Made by a program: the position numbers and the translations under genes. Below, one piece after another: positions 30,272-42,018 of a DNA stretch of 58,644 nt; the first letter of the stretch is position 1, and the number at the start of each line of letters is the position of its first letter. Origin of the DNA: Oligoflexales bacterium (GTDB lineage Bacteria; Bdellovibrionota_B; Oligoflexia; Oligoflexales; CAIYRB01); contig JBGSUI010000070.1 in the NCBI GenBank assembly GCA_041736175.1, forward strand, positions 1 to 58,644. Direction: 5' to 3'. The notes beneath the pieces are model-generated. The model saw only the letters and a program-made list of their open reading frames with translations. It did no database searches and had not been told where the DNA came from.

Positions 30272-31693
30272 ATGAGCACGCCCCCATCCCCTTCCCCAAC
30301 CAGGGTTGCCCCCAAAGTCGAGGCCAGACGCCTCAAGGGGTTTCGAGATTTTCTCCCTCAAGTCATGGCTCTAAAACTGCGGATCATGGACACGATCAGG
30401 GCCGAGTCCAAACTCTTTGGCTTCCAGACGATCGCGACTCCAGCCCTGGAGTATGCAGACACGCTCCTTGGGATCGGAGAGGAGACCGATAAACAGTCTT
30501 ATCGTTTTCAAGACCATGGGGGACGGGATGTGGGCCTACGATTTGATCTGACGGTCCCGTTTGCCCGCTTTGTTGCAGAACACCAAAACGAATTACTGTT
30601 TCCTTTTAAAAAACTCCAGATGGGCGAAGTCTGGCGCGGGGAAAATACCCAAAAAGGCCGTTACCGGGAGTTTGCCCAGTGTGATCTGGATATCATCGGC
30701 ACGGACCACGAACTGGCGGATACCGAGATTCTGGCCCTGTTTGCTCGGATCCTCACCCGGCTGCAATTTGGACCGTTCACCATGGCTGTCGGATCCCGTC
30801 CGGTACTGACGGGGATGGTCAGAAAGATCCTGGGGATCCAAGATGTGGGCTTAGAAGCCAAAATCTTAATCGCCATAGATAAGCTCGCTAAAATCGGTCC
30901 CGAAGGCGTGATCCGGCTCCTGGTGGACCAAACGGGGAGTACTTCGGAAGCTTGTGCCAGCCTTATCGAGAGACTTTCTGCCAAAGACCAGGCAGGGCAG
31001 ACGGATCTGGAACCGATCAAAGCTCTTTTTGCGGACGATCCCAAACTCGCCGAGGCTCTGGTCAGCCTCCAAAAGATCGTCGAAGGTGCGCGGATCGGGG
31101 CTTTGAGTGAAAACCAGCTTCAGGACCAGAATCACGGTCCTACCATCAAGATCGACCTCTCGGTCGCACGGGGTCTAGGCTACTACACAGGGGTGGTCTT
31201 CGAGACGACCATCGATGGTCTGCCAGGGTTTGGCTCGGTATGTTCCGGAGGTCGCTATGACGACCTGGTCAAGCGTTTTACCGACCGGGAGCTGCCTGGC
31301 GTCGGGGGATCGATTGGTCTGGACCGTCTGGTGGCGGCGCTGGAGGAGCTTGGACTCGGTACCGTAACGACCGAGCCTCCGGTCTTTATCGCGCTGGTGT
31401 CTGCCGATGCGGGCCTCTATGCTCTCTCTGTGGCCACCCAGATCCGAAGCGCGGGTTTAACCTGCGAGGTGGGGTTTGGCAGCAAGCTCGGAGCCCAGCT
31501 CAAACATGCCAACCGACTGAGCGTCCGGTGGGCCGTGATCCTGGGCGGAGACGAGGCGGCTTCGGGAACCCTGACCCTCAAGGATCTTTCCACAGGGGAG
31601 CAGTGGCAGAAGATCCCCCGAGACCAGTTGCTACAGCGGATAAAAACCACCAGTCAAGAGAGGACGACCCATGCTGGACCTAACGTCACTTAA
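30272..31693 (+). CDS. hisS: Histidine--tRNA ligase
   Basis: [34 protein letters not shown]. Confidence 0.97.
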   Translation: MSTPPSPSPTRVAPKVEARRLKGFRDFLPQVMALKLRIMDTIRAESKLFGFQTIATPALEYADTLLGIGEETDKQSYRFQDHGGRDVGLRFDLTVPFARFVAEHQNELLFPFKKLQMGEVWRGENTQKGRYREFAQCDLDIIGTDHELADTEILALFARILTRLQFGPFTMAVGSRPVLTGMVRKILGIQDVGLEAKILIAIDKLAKIGPEGVIRLLVDQTGSTSEACASLIERLSAKDQAGQTDLEPIKALFADDPKLAEALVSLQKIVEGARIGALSENQLQDQNHGPTIKIDLSVARGLGYYTGVVFETTIDGLPGFGSVCSGGRYDDLVKRFTDRELPGVGGSIGLDRLVAALEELGLGTVTTEPPVFIALVSADAGLYALSVATQIRSAGLTCEVGFGSKLGAQLKHANRLSVRWAVILGGDEAASGTLTLKDLSTGEQWQKIPRDQLLQRIKTTSQERTTHAGPNVT

Positions 31694-33329
31694 AGCACCC
31701 CGCGGCACCCAAAAGTCATGCAAAGGCTGGGTCCAGGAGGCAGCCATGCGGATGCTGCTAAACAACCTCGACCCCGCCGTGGCCGAGGACCCCGCTAACC
31801 TCGTGGTCTACGGGGGGACCGGCCGTGCTGCACGAAATAAGCCTTGTCTGGAAAGCCTTCTGGCCTCACTCAAATCTCTAGAAAATGACGAGACTCTGCT
31901 GGTCCAGTCCGGGAAACCCGTGGGTGTGTTTAAAACCCACTCCGATGCTCCGAGAGTCTTGATCGCTAACTCCAATCTCGTGGGGCGATGGTCCCACTGG
32001 GAGCACTTTAACCACCTTGAGCGGCTTGGCCTGATGATGTACGGCCAGATGACGGCTGGATCGTGGATCTATATCGGAACCCAGGGGATCGTCCAAGGGA
32101 CCTACGAGACCTTTGCCGCCTGTGGACGCAAGCATTTTGGGGGAGATCTTTCCAAACGGTGGATCTACTCGGGAGGGCTTGGGGGAATGGGAGGAGCCCA
32201 GCCTCTGGCAGCCACCCTCGCCGGCGGGGTTTTCCTCGGGGTTGATATTGATCCCCAACGGGTTGAACGGCGGCTGCAGTCAGGTTATCTCGACGAGGTG
32301 GCCCACCACCTGGAGGATGCCTTGGCCCGGGTTGCGTCCTATAGGACCCAAGGGATCCCAAAATCCATCGGACTTGTCGGGCATGCAGGCAGCACCTTGG
32401 AGATGATTCTCAAACGGGGGCTGGTCCCGGATGTGGTGACCGACCAGACTTCGGCCCACGACGAGCTCAACGGATATGTTCCCGAAGAGTTAGACGTGGT
32501 CTCTGCAGTTTCTTACCGTAAGTCTCATCCCGAAAACTACCGCCGTATGGCCTTTGAGTCCATGGCTCGCCATGTGGACGCTATGGTCGACGCCAAAAAC
32601 CGGGGTGCGGTGGTCTTTGACTACGGCAACAATCTCAGGGCACAGGCGACTCTGGGCGGGTCCCTTAATGGACAGGGCTTTAAGGGTTTTGTACCCGAAT
32701 ATATCCGGGATCTTTTTTGTACGGGCTATGGGCCCTTCCGGTGGGTTGCCCTGTCAGGGGATCCCCAGGATATCTACGCTATCGACGAAGAGCTGCTCAG
32801 GACTTTTCCCCAGCACGCAAGGATGCAAAAATGGCTTAGGGCCGCCCGGGACAAGATCGCCTTTCAGGGGCTGCCGGCGCGGATCTGTTGGTTTGAGTAC
32901 GGTGACCGGCTTAAGGCTGGCCTGATCATGAACGACCTCGTCCGCCGGCAGGTGGTCAAGGCTCCGATCGTAATCGGCCGTGACCATCTGGATGCGGGTT
33001 CGGTCGCCTCGCCTAACCGTGAGACCGAAGCTATGCGGGATGGTTCTGATGCTGTCGCTGACTGGCCGATCTTAAACGCCCTGATCAATACCGCAGGGGG
33101 TGCTAGTTGGGTTAGCTTGCACAATGGTGGCGGCGTAGGGATTGGTTATTCTCTCCATGCCGGGATGGTGATCGTAGCCGACGGCACTCCGGAGGCGGAA
33201 GCCCGGCTGCGGCGGGTGTTGACGTCCGATCCAGGGATGGGCGTTATCCGCCACGCTGATGCGGGCTACCCGGAGGCACTGGACTTTGCAAAGGCCCAGG
33301 GGATTGCGATCCCCATGCCCCCGTCTTGA
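31671..33329 (+). CDS. hutU: Urocanate hydratase
   Basis: [34 protein letters not shown]. Confidence 0.98.
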   Translation: MLDLTSLKAPRGTQKSCKGWVQEAAMRMLLNNLDPAVAEDPANLVVYGGTGRAARNKPCLESLLASLKSLENDETLLVQSGKPVGVFKTHSDAPRVLIANSNLVGRWSHWEHFNHLERLGLMMYGQMTAGSWIYIGTQGIVQGTYETFAACGRKHFGGDLSKRWIYSGGLGGMGGAQPLAATLAGGVFLGVDIDPQRVERRLQSGYLDEVAHHLEDALARVASYRTQGIPKSIGLVGHAGSTLEMILKRGLVPDVVTDQTSAHDELNGYVPEELDVVSAVSYRKSHPENYRRMAFESMARHVDAMVDAKNRGAVVFDYGNNLRAQATLGGSLNGQGFKGFVPEYIRDLFCTGYGPFRWVALSGDPQDIYAIDEELLRTFPQHARMQKWLRAARDKIAFQGLPARICWFEYGDRLKAGLIMNDLVRRQVVKAPIVIGRDHLDAGSVASPNRETEAMRDGSDAVADWPILNALINTAGGASWVSLHNGGGVGIGYSLHAGMVIVADGTPEAEARLRRVLTSDPGMGVIRHADAGYPEALDFAKAQGIAIPMPPS

Positions 33330-34533
33330 TGGAGGTGATTCTCCACATCATCCACAGGGTGATCAAGGTCGCCCCGATGACCGTATAGCCTAAAAGATCA
33401 AAATGCTCCAACGAGCCATCGGCGGTGACCGAGACGATCGCCCCCGCTAGAATGGATGCAAGACCCCCCGAGACCTGCTGGACCGAGGAACTCACCGACA
33501 TATAGGAGCCTCGGTCTTGGGGAGCTGGGATGGTGGAGATTATAGCTTGGGAGGGAATCATTCTTGAAGTTATTCCAATAAATAAAATGGAATTAACGAT
33601 CGACACTGTGATAAAAGAAGACAAACCAAGATTTGTATAAATAAAAACCATAACAATGGTCAGCACGCTACCTACAAAAAACATTTTAAATTTGCCCACG
33701 GAGTCCGTCAGGCGACCCACGACCGGGCCAGCCACCATGGCGCACACTCCGGTTATCATATATAGCATCGGCAAATTGCCCACGTCGACACCGAGGTTAT
33801 GAACCGTATAGACACTGGCAAAGGGCATCAACATAAACCCACCGGTGCTGAGCAGTGCGGTGGTTGCAAAACCCTGAAGATATCGTCCACGGGTGATCGT
33901 CGTGAGGAGATGCTGGTAAGGGCTCGCCTTGGATCCGTGGCTTAAGTGGCCGGCGATAGGTTTTAGGTAAAGGGCGATAAGCAGTCCAACCACCACGGCA
34001 ACGAGGACGATCATCAGAAATGGTGCGTGCCAGTCCCAGAGATTTGCCAAAAACAGTCCAAAGGGGATGCCCAGGACTTGGCTTGCGGCAAAGGCTGTTT
34101 GGACCACTCCCATCACCCTGCCCCTCTTTTCGATGGGAAATAGATCCGTGGTGATGGCAAACACGACGGATCCAAGGACGCCGGCAAAAAGTCCGGTGGT
34201 GATGCGGGCAAAAAGCAGAAACTCATAAGACTGAGCAACTCCACACATAAGCGTCCCTAGAACAAAACCTGTATAAAAGACCAGGAGGTATTTTTTACGG
34301 TCAAACCGGTCTGCAAATCCTGCCGAAAGGATTCCGGACAGACCAGCGGCAAAGGCGTAGCCGGACACCACATAGCCAAACTGGGCCGGAGTGATCTGTA
34401 GTGCTGGCATGAGGAAAGGGCCAAGGGGCGAGAGGGTCATAAAATCAAGGATAATGGTAAAATTTAAAAAAGCCAGCATTGCGATCACAAACCATTGGTA
34501 CCGGCTCAAAAGATTGTTTTCCAATGTGTGCAT
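33244..34533 (-). CDS. MFS transporter
   Basis: ADRFDRK motif A; ~12 TM segments. Confidence 0.9.
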   Translation of the reverse strand: MHTLENNLLSRYQWFVIAMLAFLNFTIILDFMTLSPLGPFLMPALQITPAQFGYVVSGYAFAAGLSGILSAGFADRFDRKKYLLVFYTGFVLGTLMCGVAQSYEFLLFARITTGLFAGVLGSVVFAITTDLFPIEKRGRVMGVVQTAFAASQVLGIPFGLFLANLWDWHAPFLMIVLVAVVVGLLIALYLKPIAGHLSHGSKASPYQHLLTTITRGRYLQGFATTALLSTGGFMLMPFASVYTVHNLGVDVGNLPMLYMITGVCAMVAGPVVGRLTDSVGKFKMFFVGSVLTIVMVFIYTNLGLSSFITVSIVNSILFIGITSRMIPSQAIISTIPAPQDRGSYMSVSSSVQQVSGGLASILAGAIVSVTADGSLEHFDLLGYTVIGATLITLWMMWRITSIKTGAWGSQSPGPLQSPVPPGSPHQRGG

Positions 34534-34629
34534 CTCCGTTGTACTCGAGGATCCTTGCCAACCAAGCTATCTATCGACAGGCAACATCAGAAAGTGAGCT
34601 TTTTGTAACAACTAAAGATGCACTGCTTA

Positions 34630-35892
34630 CTAAATCTCTTCCAGACCATTGAGATAGGGCCGTAGGGCCTTTGGAATCTTGATATTTCCGGCCTTGGTTT
34701 GATGACACTCAAGAAAAGGGATCAGGACCCGAGGCGAGGCGATTGCCGTGTTGTTAAGGGTGTGGCAGTAGCGGTTGTCGCCTTCGGGGGATTTGTAGCG
34801 GATCTGAAGACGCCGCGACTGGAATTCATGAAAGGTTGAACAACTGTGAGTCTCGCTATAGGCCTCTCGGGACGGCATCCATGTCTCGATATCGTGCTTG
34901 CGAACCTGGCCTTGGCCCAGGTCTCCGGTACAGACGTAGACCACCCGGTAAGGAAGCTCGAGGGCTTGGAGGACTGCCTCGGCATTGCCCAGGAGCTCCT
35001 GGTGAAGGGTTTCCGAAGCTTCGGGTGATCCAGGTCCCAGGATCACCTGCTCGATTTTTTGGAACTGGTGGACCCGGTAAAGGCCCGTGGTGTCCTTGCC
35101 ATAGGTCCCAGCCTCCCGCCTAAAGCAGGTGCTCCAGGCCATCAAACGAATGGGCAACTGCTCGGCCTTAAGGATTTCTTTGGCATAGTAGCTGGTGAGG
35201 GCCACTTCTGATGTTCCAACAAGGGCCATCTCGTCCCGCTCTGCCAGGTAAGCCTGCTCGCGACCTGTGGGAAAATACCCTGTCCCGACCATACACTCTT
35301 CGGAGACCAGCACTGGAATGCTCATGGCCAGGTATCCACGGTCCACAAGCATATCAAAAGTCATGCGCAGGATTGCCTGTTCGAGCCTCGCTCCGAGACC
35401 TTTGAGGACATAGGAACGGCTTCCGGCGAGCTTGACACCTCTGGCAAAATCAAAAAGATCTTTGGCTTCCCCAAGCTCCACGTGGGATTTGGGCTTAAAG
35501 CCAAAGTCGGGGATTTGGCCGACCCGCTTGACCTCGATGTTGTCCTGGTCGTCCCTCCCGAGGGGGACATCGCTGCGGGCGGGCTGGGGGACAAGGAGCA
35601 TCAGTTGGTTGAATTTTTCCCTGAGGTCCTTGAGGTCGGTGTCAAGAAGCTCCATCTTGGCCTTGATCGCTGTCACTTGATCCTTAAGCTTCTCCCTATC
35701 AGCGGGGGGAGCCTTGCCGATGGCGCGCGAGAGGTTGTTCCGCTCGGCTTGGAGATTTTCCCACTCGGTCTGCTTGGGTTTAATGGCGCTGTCAAGACTG
35801 AGAAGTAGGTCTAGGTCTACAGGGAGCCGTTTGTCTTTGGCCCCTTGGCGCACAAGATCTGCATGTTCACGAATAAACTTGATGTCTAACAT
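34630..35892 (-). CDS. serS: Serine--tRNA ligase
   Basis: MLDIKFIR start, FRREAG, GLYRVHQF, HTLNNT. Confidence 0.97.
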   Translation of the reverse strand: MLDIKFIREHADLVRQGAKDKRLPVDLDLLLSLDSAIKPKQTEWENLQAERNNLSRAIGKAPPADREKLKDQVTAIKAKMELLDTDLKDLREKFNQLMLLVPQPARSDVPLGRDDQDNIEVKRVGQIPDFGFKPKSHVELGEAKDLFDFARGVKLAGSRSYVLKGLGARLEQAILRMTFDMLVDRGYLAMSIPVLVSEECMVGTGYFPTGREQAYLAERDEMALVGTSEVALTSYYAKEILKAEQLPIRLMAWSTCFRREAGTYGKDTTGLYRVHQFQKIEQVILGPGSPEASETLHQELLGNAEAVLQALELPYRVVYVCTGDLGQGQVRKHDIETWMPSREAYSETHSCSTFHEFQSRRLQIRYKSPEGDNRYCHTLNNTAIASPRVLIPFLECHQTKAGNIKIPKALRPYLNGLEEI

Positions 35893-36226
35893 AGTATGGT
35901 CCCCGTGGCTCCCAGTGGAATAAAAGTCCTTCCTCGATTGGTCCTCTTGGGCGGTTATCATATTAAATCCTATCCATCAAATGGTAAGATTTCTTTAAAC
36001 CTTTAAACTGAGAGGACCCATGACGTTCTTGTCTCAGTCATCAAGGGCCAGCTTCCCCCGCCTCTGCCGACCCCCGGTGTCAAAAATCTGCCCTTAATCT
36101 TTTGTTTTCAGGCCTCCGCGAGCAATTTTGCAAATTCGGCCTTCGGGGGTGTACCAAACGGGGTGTCTTGGAGTGCGGGTTAACAGCCTGTATTTAAAAT
36201 TAAAAAGTGAAAATTGTAAAATAAAG

Positions 36227-36253
36227 TTAAGTTTTCAAACCAAGTTCCGATGG
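36227..36253 (+). promoter_or_regulatory. Putative sigma28 promoter
   Basis: TTAAG-N14-TCCGATGG. Confidence 0.55.
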
Positions 36254-36321
36254 GGTTCTTAACAAGTGAGTCGTTTGTCCCTTAGAGGTGTCCATCAAGG
36301 CATAGACTAAACGACGGAGGA

Positions 36322-37170
36322 ATGAAGATGAAAAATTTAATGACGAGTTCGCGCATCAAAAATCAAAAGCATCCCCTGGCCAGACAACCCAACGTGGCCA
36401 AGGCTCTCACCAGTAGCTTTGTGATGGCCCTGGTCCTGATGGGGTGCCGATCAAAACTAGACGTTGAAACCAAATCAGGAGCACCCTTGACATCACCTGC
36501 GGTGCCAGGAGAGCTGCCAAAGTTAGAAAAGCCCAAGGATCCTGCCACAGGAGAAACCCCTAAGGCGCCCCCTAAGGTGGATGAATCCCATGAATCAAAG
36601 GAAGACCCTAACGCCGTGGTGACCCAAGGCGGAAAGTTCCACTTCCAAATCCGAGATACCATCAAGATATCCCTTTCCAAGGCTTTTATCGACGGGGCTG
36701 AAACCCTTGACATCTATAATGTCACGGGAGTTTCTCCAGAAAATGAAGCCGATGCACCTCTTGTCATCAAGGACTATGCGATCCCCCAAAATATGCTCGC
36801 AGGGGACCAGTGGCCCGAGGGCCAGGGATTTCAAATGGCTCCCAAAGGTGATGCGGTCGTTCTCAATATTTTTCCACAGGACTCGGACGCAAGACGCAAC
36901 CTTCTCCCTGGTAAAAACCGACTTAAGATCTCAGTGGATGATGAAATCAATCCCCGCTACACCTATATCGATATTACGATTCACAGACTTGGCAATTTTG
37001 AATTTTCCCAAATGGCATTTCAAGGTAAATCCCAGAGAGCGCAGGCAGTCAACTCTAAAGGGTCTTACCTCGAGGGCTGGATGAATACGGTCTCCCCCCA
37101 TAGAGTGAAAGACTCTACAGGTCAGACAACTCTCACGGTAGGATTTTATAATATGATGCACAGTTTTTAA
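36322..37170 (+). CDS. Hypothetical lipoprotein
   Basis: Lipobox LMGC followed by a Pro/Lys-rich linker. Confidence 0.75.
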   Translation: MKMKNLMTSSRIKNQKHPLARQPNVAKALTSSFVMALVLMGCRSKLDVETKSGAPLTSPAVPGELPKLEKPKDPATGETPKAPPKVDESHESKEDPNAVVTQGGKFHFQIRDTIKISLSKAFIDGAETLDIYNVTGVSPENEADAPLVIKDYAIPQNMLAGDQWPEGQGFQMAPKGDAVVLNIFPQDSDARRNLLPGKNRLKISVDDEINPRYTYIDITIHRLGNFEFSQMAFQGKSQRAQAVNSKGSYLEGWMNTVSPHRVKDSTGQTTLTVGFYNMMHSF

Positions 37171-37220
37171 TCGTCCCTCCTAGGGCGAATCTAAAGTTAA
37201 AAGGATGAGACAAAGAACGG

Positions 37221-37769
37221 TCAGGCTTGCTGACCGACTTTTTTGGCCCGCGACTGAGCAGCTAGTTTTTGTTTATAACTGGTCCACGCTTCGATAGCGA
37301 TTTCCCTGGCGTCTTGGGACGGCTGGGGTGTCGCTTTTTCACCTGCCAAAGCCGAAGTGCCGGCAAGCATCACCATTTGGGCCGCTAAGATTCCGGCATT
37401 GTAAGCTCCGCCGATGGCGACCGTGGCGACAGGGATTCCCTTGGGCATCTGGACGATGGACCATAGGGCATCTTCTCCCCCAAGGGGGCCGTGGGGGACA
37501 GGGACGCCGATCACCGGGAGGATTCCAAAGGCCGCAATCATTCCCGGTAGGTGGGCGGATCCTCCAGCACCGGCGATAATGACCCTAAGGCCCCGTCGGG
37601 GGGCCGTCTGGGCATAGAGCGCCATATCTTCAGGGGTTCTGTGGGCTGAGACCACCAGGGTCTCGTAGGGGATTCCCCAGGACTCAAGGGCCGCTTCGGC
37701 CTCCTTCATGACGGGATAGTCTGAGTCGCTTCCCATCACGATGCCTACAAGGGGAGAGGGGTGATCCAT
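37221..37769 (-). CDS. purE: N5-CAIR mutase
   Basis: MGSDSD, SAHRTP, SIVQMP. Confidence 0.97.
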   Translation of the reverse strand: MDHPSPLVGIVMGSDSDYPVMKEAEAALESWGIPYETLVVSAHRTPEDMALYAQTAPRRGLRVIIAGAGGSAHLPGMIAAFGILPVIGVPVPHGPLGGEDALWSIVQMPKGIPVATVAIGGAYNAGILAAQMVMLAGTSALAGEKATPQPSQDAREIAIEAWTSYKQKLAAQSRAKKVGQQA

Positions 37770-37809
37770 AAGGTTCCTTTTCTATTTTGGCAAAACAAAA
37801 GTCTAAATC

Positions 37810-39150
37810 CTAATTCCAGTCCCAGGCTGCTATCCGCTGATCGAGGGCCTTGAAGTGGTCCATAAGCTCCCCAGAGGTTGACGACCAAACATTAACATGG
37901 CCCAATTTTCGGCGGGGTTTTGAGGTTTTTTTATCATACCAGTAAAGTTGGCTGTTGTGGTCTGACGTCCCCAAGGGGCTTTGGAGGGGGCCGTCATACC
38001 CTTCCGGCCCGAGTAGATTGGTCATACCGTAGAAGTCTGGAAAATGGGGTTCCACCAGGGGTTGACTGGTAGCTGCTCTTATGTGGTTGTGGAACTGCGA
38101 CCCGGTCCCCGCGACCTGGGAGCAATGGGAGGAGTTATGTACCCGAGGTGCCATCTCGTTCACCAGCAGGGTAAAATCAGGAGTTACAAAAAACTCCAGA
38201 GCAAAGGTGCCTTCGATGGCCAGATGCTCACCGATCCTACGGGCTGCATGGGCCGCCTGGGATGAAAGGATTGCCGCTGACGCAAAAAGTTGAGGATCGC
38301 TGGCTAGGTTTTTGACCCGAAAACAGGTCCCACCCCGCTGCTCGCTGATCACAAGGGGATACATCACTTCCTGGGGACCCGCCGTGTTGGCGCGGCTGCG
38401 GGTCATAGTGATGGCGACCTCCCATTGAAAGGGGATCAGAGACTCACCATAAATCCTGATCTGTTTCGAAGAGGCGGCTTTAAAAAACTCCACCACCCGG
38501 TCGAGGGTCGTCTGCCCCTCTCCAAGAAGGATGGTTTGCAGCTCATGGTGCGGAAGAACCAACACTCCTTTGCCATCGTAGCCTTCCAGGGACCATTTTA
38601 AGACCAGCCCCTGGGGAAATGTTTCCTTTAAATCCCGTAACTGCTGGACCACCAGGAGAGGGTCGCAAGTGGGCACAAACTCGGTCCACGGGGCCGTCAG
38701 CAGACCTAATTGATGGAAAAGGGTTTTTTGCTGAAGCTTGTCCCGCACCACCTGGAGGGCCTCAACCGAGGGAATGAGGGACTTGTGGGCGGAGGTAAGA
38801 GCCTTGTGGAGTGGCTCAAAAGGGGTCAGCTCACTTTCGATAAGGATGACTTCCTGGGACTCCATCCACCCTTGCAAACTTTGGGAGTCCCCCAGCGGCC
38901 CGAACTCAACCGGTAGACCGGCAAGGACCGCCGGATCATCCGGGCTTTGGGCATAGACCGAACAGGAAATATCGAGATCCTGACAGGCAAGGCCTAACAT
39001 CCAGGCTAGCTGGCCGCCGCCGATAATCCCCACCTGGTAGGACTTAGGTCCCTGGTCGGGTAAAATCCCAGGGATCACGGGTCGGACAGGTGGTTTTTGG
39101 GATAGGGGGGACCGAGCTGGGACAAACTCGGGTTGCGTCTTGGTGGTCAC
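37810..39150 (-). CDS. purK: N5-CAIR synthase
   Basis: GGGQLA, GYDGKG, NEMAPRVHNS, RKLGH. Confidence 0.93.
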   Translation of the reverse strand: MTTKTQPEFVPARSPLSQKPPVRPVIPGILPDQGPKSYQVGIIGGGQLAWMLGLACQDLDISCSVYAQSPDDPAVLAGLPVEFGPLGDSQSLQGWMESQEVILIESELTPFEPLHKALTSAHKSLIPSVEALQVVRDKLQQKTLFHQLGLLTAPWTEFVPTCDPLLVVQQLRDLKETFPQGLVLKWSLEGYDGKGVLVLPHHELQTILLGEGQTTLDRVVEFFKAASSKQIRIYGESLIPFQWEVAITMTRSRANTAGPQEVMYPLVISEQRGGTCFRVKNLASDPQLFASAAILSSQAAHAARRIGEHLAIEGTFALEFFVTPDFTLLVNEMAPRVHNSSHCSQVAGTGSQFHNHIRAATSQPLVEPHFPDFYGMTNLLGPEGYDGPLQSPLGTSDHNSQLYWYDKKTSKPRRKLGHVNVWSSTSGELMDHFKALDQRIAAWDWN

Positions 39151-39152
39151 GA

Positions 39153-39842
39153 CTAGGATCCTTGTTGCTTGGTGAGGGTTCCGCGAAAGTGTACACAGGG
39201 CAGCACCATCGTTCCAGGCATCAGGATCGTACCCGGTGAGAGAACCGCATTGCAGCCGGTTTGAGCGCCTTCGCCGAGGAGGGCGCCAAATTTTTTAAGT
39301 CCTGACGAGACAAGGGCGCCAGTCAGGGGATCTTTGTAGCGGATCATACCCCTTCTCAGGGGTAGGTTGGCCAGTTTTGTGCCGGCACCCAGATTGACCT
39401 GGGGGCCCAAAATGCTGTCGCCCACATAGGCAAAATGGGCTGCTTTAGCATGATCAAATAAGACTGAGTTTTTAATTTCTGAAGTATGCCCCACCACAGC
39501 GTGGGGGCCGACGTAAACGTTTCCGCGGATATAGGCCCCGTGCCGGACCTCGGCCCCAGGGCCCACAAAACAGGGACCTTGGATATAGGCGGTAGGCTCA
39601 ACCACAGCACCTTCCCCAATATAGACGCGTCCTTCTAGAAAAGCTCCCGGCTTAACCTGGCCTTTGACCAGAGGGCCTTGGCCGACGCCCTGGGAGCCCA
39701 AAAGAGCGTCCATCCAAACCTTCAAAGAGTCTCCTAACAGATCAAATGGGGACTTGTTGCGGCAAAGATTGCCGTGTTGGCAGAGAGCTAAATCCATCAG
39801 GAGATCCAGGGTGAAATCTGGACTTGAAAAGGTTTGGGTCAA
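39153..39842 (-). CDS. Hexapeptide-repeat (GlmU C-terminal-like) acyltransferase
   Basis: EVRHGAYIRG, HFAYVGDSILG..VNLGAGT. Confidence 0.85.
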   Translation of the reverse strand: MTQTFSSPDFTLDLLMDLALCQHGNLCRNKSPFDLLGDSLKVWMDALLGSQGVGQGPLVKGQVKPGAFLEGRVYIGEGAVVEPTAYIQGPCFVGPGAEVRHGAYIRGNVYVGPHAVVGHTSEIKNSVLFDHAKAAHFAYVGDSILGPQVNLGAGTKLANLPLRRGMIRYKDPLTGALVSSGLKKFGALLGEGAQTGCNAVLSPGTILMPGTMVLPCVHFRGTLTKQQGS

Positions 39843-39984
39843 AGGGTGTCCTCCTCAGGCAGGGCAATGTTTGCCTTGTTAAGCTCAAGCAAAAGCCTCT
39901 TCAGGCCGAAGAATGGCTTATGAAAGGCACCGGTAATATAGCAAACCGCTGCAACTATGCCACCATTCACGAAAGGCTTTTTGA

Positions 39985-40209
39985 ATGTTTGATCCAAACC
40001 AATTTAAACGTGCTGTCAAAGACTGGATGAAACAGCATCCTACTGCCACCGAAGCAGAGCTCGTGGATTTTTGTGAAGAACAAATCCCACCAGCCCAGTA
40101 TGCCTCTTCGGAGTGGTTGGTCGAGCATACCCTGAGTTGGTTCCGTCATGTTGTCGCCCAAAGGCTAAAGGCTCGGACGATGTATGATTCGGAAGAAGAA
40201 GCCGCTTAA
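39985..40209 (+). CDS. Hypothetical protein
   Basis: Plausible compact helical ORF filling the gap. Confidence 0.65.
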   Translation: MFDPNQFKRAVKDWMKQHPTATEAELVDFCEEQIPPAQYASSEWLVEHTLSWFRHVVAQRLKARTMYDSEEEAA

Positions 40210-40245
40210 GATGTTGGCGCGAAATCTAGCTTCGCGCCGCAGACT

Positions 40246-40563
40246 TCAGCTCTTACTCCGATCGACCGTCAAACTGCGGATCCGATCAAATTCGTTTTCT
40301 TCGATCATGTCGAGGGCCTCAAGGTCTTCGAAGCCTAAATCAGTCTTCCAGTCGACGTTGAGCATTTCGGGGAGAGGTGCAGCCACCTCAAGTCCATCGT
40401 CGGTTTCGTAAAACTCATAGGCTTCGATGATCAGCCCCTCTTGGGACATACGGTAATAATGGTAGCCATCGCCGTTGACGACCGCCCCGTCCCGGGAATC
40501 ACCTGTCCAATACTCTTTGGCAAAGATCACGGATTTTGGGGGTTTGGACGTATCGATATTCAT
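40246..40563 (-). CDS. Hypothetical acidic protein
   Basis: GAGGG SD; upstream sigma28-like promoter. Confidence 0.7.
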   Translation of the reverse strand: MNIDTSKPPKSVIFAKEYWTGDSRDGAVVNGDGYHYYRMSQEGLIIEAYEFYETDDGLEVAAPLPEMLNVDWKTDLGFEDLEALDMIEENEFDRIRSLTVDRSKS

Positions 40564-40644
40564 GGCTTTCCCTCATCCTTTAGCAAAATCTTTTTTGAAA
40601 ACAACTCCTAGGATATTTATCCATAGATTCCGAACTCCCCCCAT

Positions 40645-40671
40645 CTATCGGTAGATTTTTTGGAGAGTTGA
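40645..40671 (-). promoter_or_regulatory. Putative sigma28 promoter
   Basis: TCAAC-N14-ACCGATAG on the minus strand. Confidence 0.55.
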
Positions 40672-40775
40672 GTGTTGGTTGAAACTAAGATCAATCCCTG
40701 AGTTATATCAGGGTGTTTGGACCGTAGGTCTGGTCTCCCTGGAGTTTCGGTGGAGTCTGGGTGGAGTCTAGGTCC

Positions 40776-41546
40776 TCAGTGTAGCCAAGAACCGAAACGG
40801 GAGAACCGGAACTTAGGAAAGGTAGCGTTTTTAGGAGTGTAAATACTCCAAATCACAAACAAAGCCTTGCCTCGTACATAGTCAAGGGGGACATGGTTCC
40901 ACACCCGAGAGTCTGCAGAGTTATCCCGGTTGTCACCCACACAAAAGACTGCATTTTCCGGGACTTTATAGGGAGGCTGCCCAGCACGGGGCCAGTCGGC
41001 AGAGGCAAATCGGCGAGCTGATGGGATATTTTGCATGGTGTAGTGGCTGAGGCCGTCGAGGTTTTCTTTGTAGAGAATCTTGATATCCTTTTCGTCGTCG
41101 ATATCATCGAGGATCGACCGTTCCTCACTGGCATCGGTCCGTATCTGGGCGACACCATTGATATGGAGGATATCGTCTTTAAACTCCACTTCGTCACCAG
41201 CAACGGCGACGACCCGCTTTACATAATCGATATCCGGATCATGGGGGTATTTAAAGACGATGATATCCCCACGCTTGGGCTGGCCCCAAGAGGCAAGGAC
41301 CAGGTCTGTAAAGGGGAGTTTTATGTTATAGGCTAACTTAAAGGCCAAAAGGCGGTCACCCACCTTGATGGTCGGTTCCATGGAAGCCGTCGGCACATGA
41401 TAGGGAGACGCCACCGTCCACCTAAGGGCAAAGATCGCCACGACCAAGATGCTCAGGGATTTCAAGTTATCGAAGCTCCAGAACCCTGGTCTTTCGGTGG
41501 ACTTGCTACCATTCGCGGAATCAGTGTTACCAGAACTCTCGGCCAT
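40776..41546 (-). CDS. lepB: Signal peptidase I
   Basis: SMEPT, YVKRVV, GDNRDNSADSR. Confidence 0.96.
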   Translation of the reverse strand: MAESSGNTDSANGSKSTERPGFWSFDNLKSLSILVVAIFALRWTVASPYHVPTASMEPTIKVGDRLLAFKLAYNIKLPFTDLVLASWGQPKRGDIIVFKYPHDPDIDYVKRVVAVAGDEVEFKDDILHINGVAQIRTDASEERSILDDIDDEKDIKILYKENLDGLSHYTMQNIPSARRFASADWPRAGQPPYKVPENAVFCVGDNRDNSADSRVWNHVPLDYVRGKALFVIWSIYTPKNATFPKFRFSRFGSWLH

Positions 41547-41683
41547 CGATACTCCCCGTCCCTGATGCTAGCGGACAACTCGTTGAGTTAAATCAAATAA
41601 CTTATTTTTCTCATCCCGTCACTCCTAAAGTAGGCGGCGGGCTTGCCGACGAAGAGGGGGAGAAGAAGAGGGGGAGAAGGTCC

Positions 41684-42013
41684 ATGGGTATTTTGGAGGT
41701 GAAACTTTTTTTTCGGTCCCTTGCCGTCGTCACGACCGTGATCCTGGGGCCTCTGTGCCTGATAAGCACGGAAGCCTGGAGCTATTCGGCAAACCGGGTC
41801 TGGTTCGAATTTAGGCCAGGGGGCATCTACCGGGTTTATGTCAATTATACAGTCCCGGAGCTTAAGGAGTTTCGAGAGTCTTATGTGGAATTTCGAACTA
41901 AAAAGGCTGCGGAACGGTTCTACTACGATCTGCTGCGAGGAGCCGATTTTTATCCACCGGCACCGGAAGCCCTGAGATTTACCCCACCGCCCAAAGGGCC
42001 CCAACCCTGGTGA
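41684..42013 (+). CDS. Hypothetical secreted protein
   Basis: Signal peptide; purine-rich SD. Confidence 0.6.
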   Translation: MGILEVKLFFRSLAVVTTVILGPLCLISTEAWSYSANRVWFEFRPGGIYRVYVNYTVPELKEFRESYVEFRTKKAAERFYYDLLRGADFYPPAPEALRFTPPPKGPQPW

Positions 42014-42018
42014 AACCG

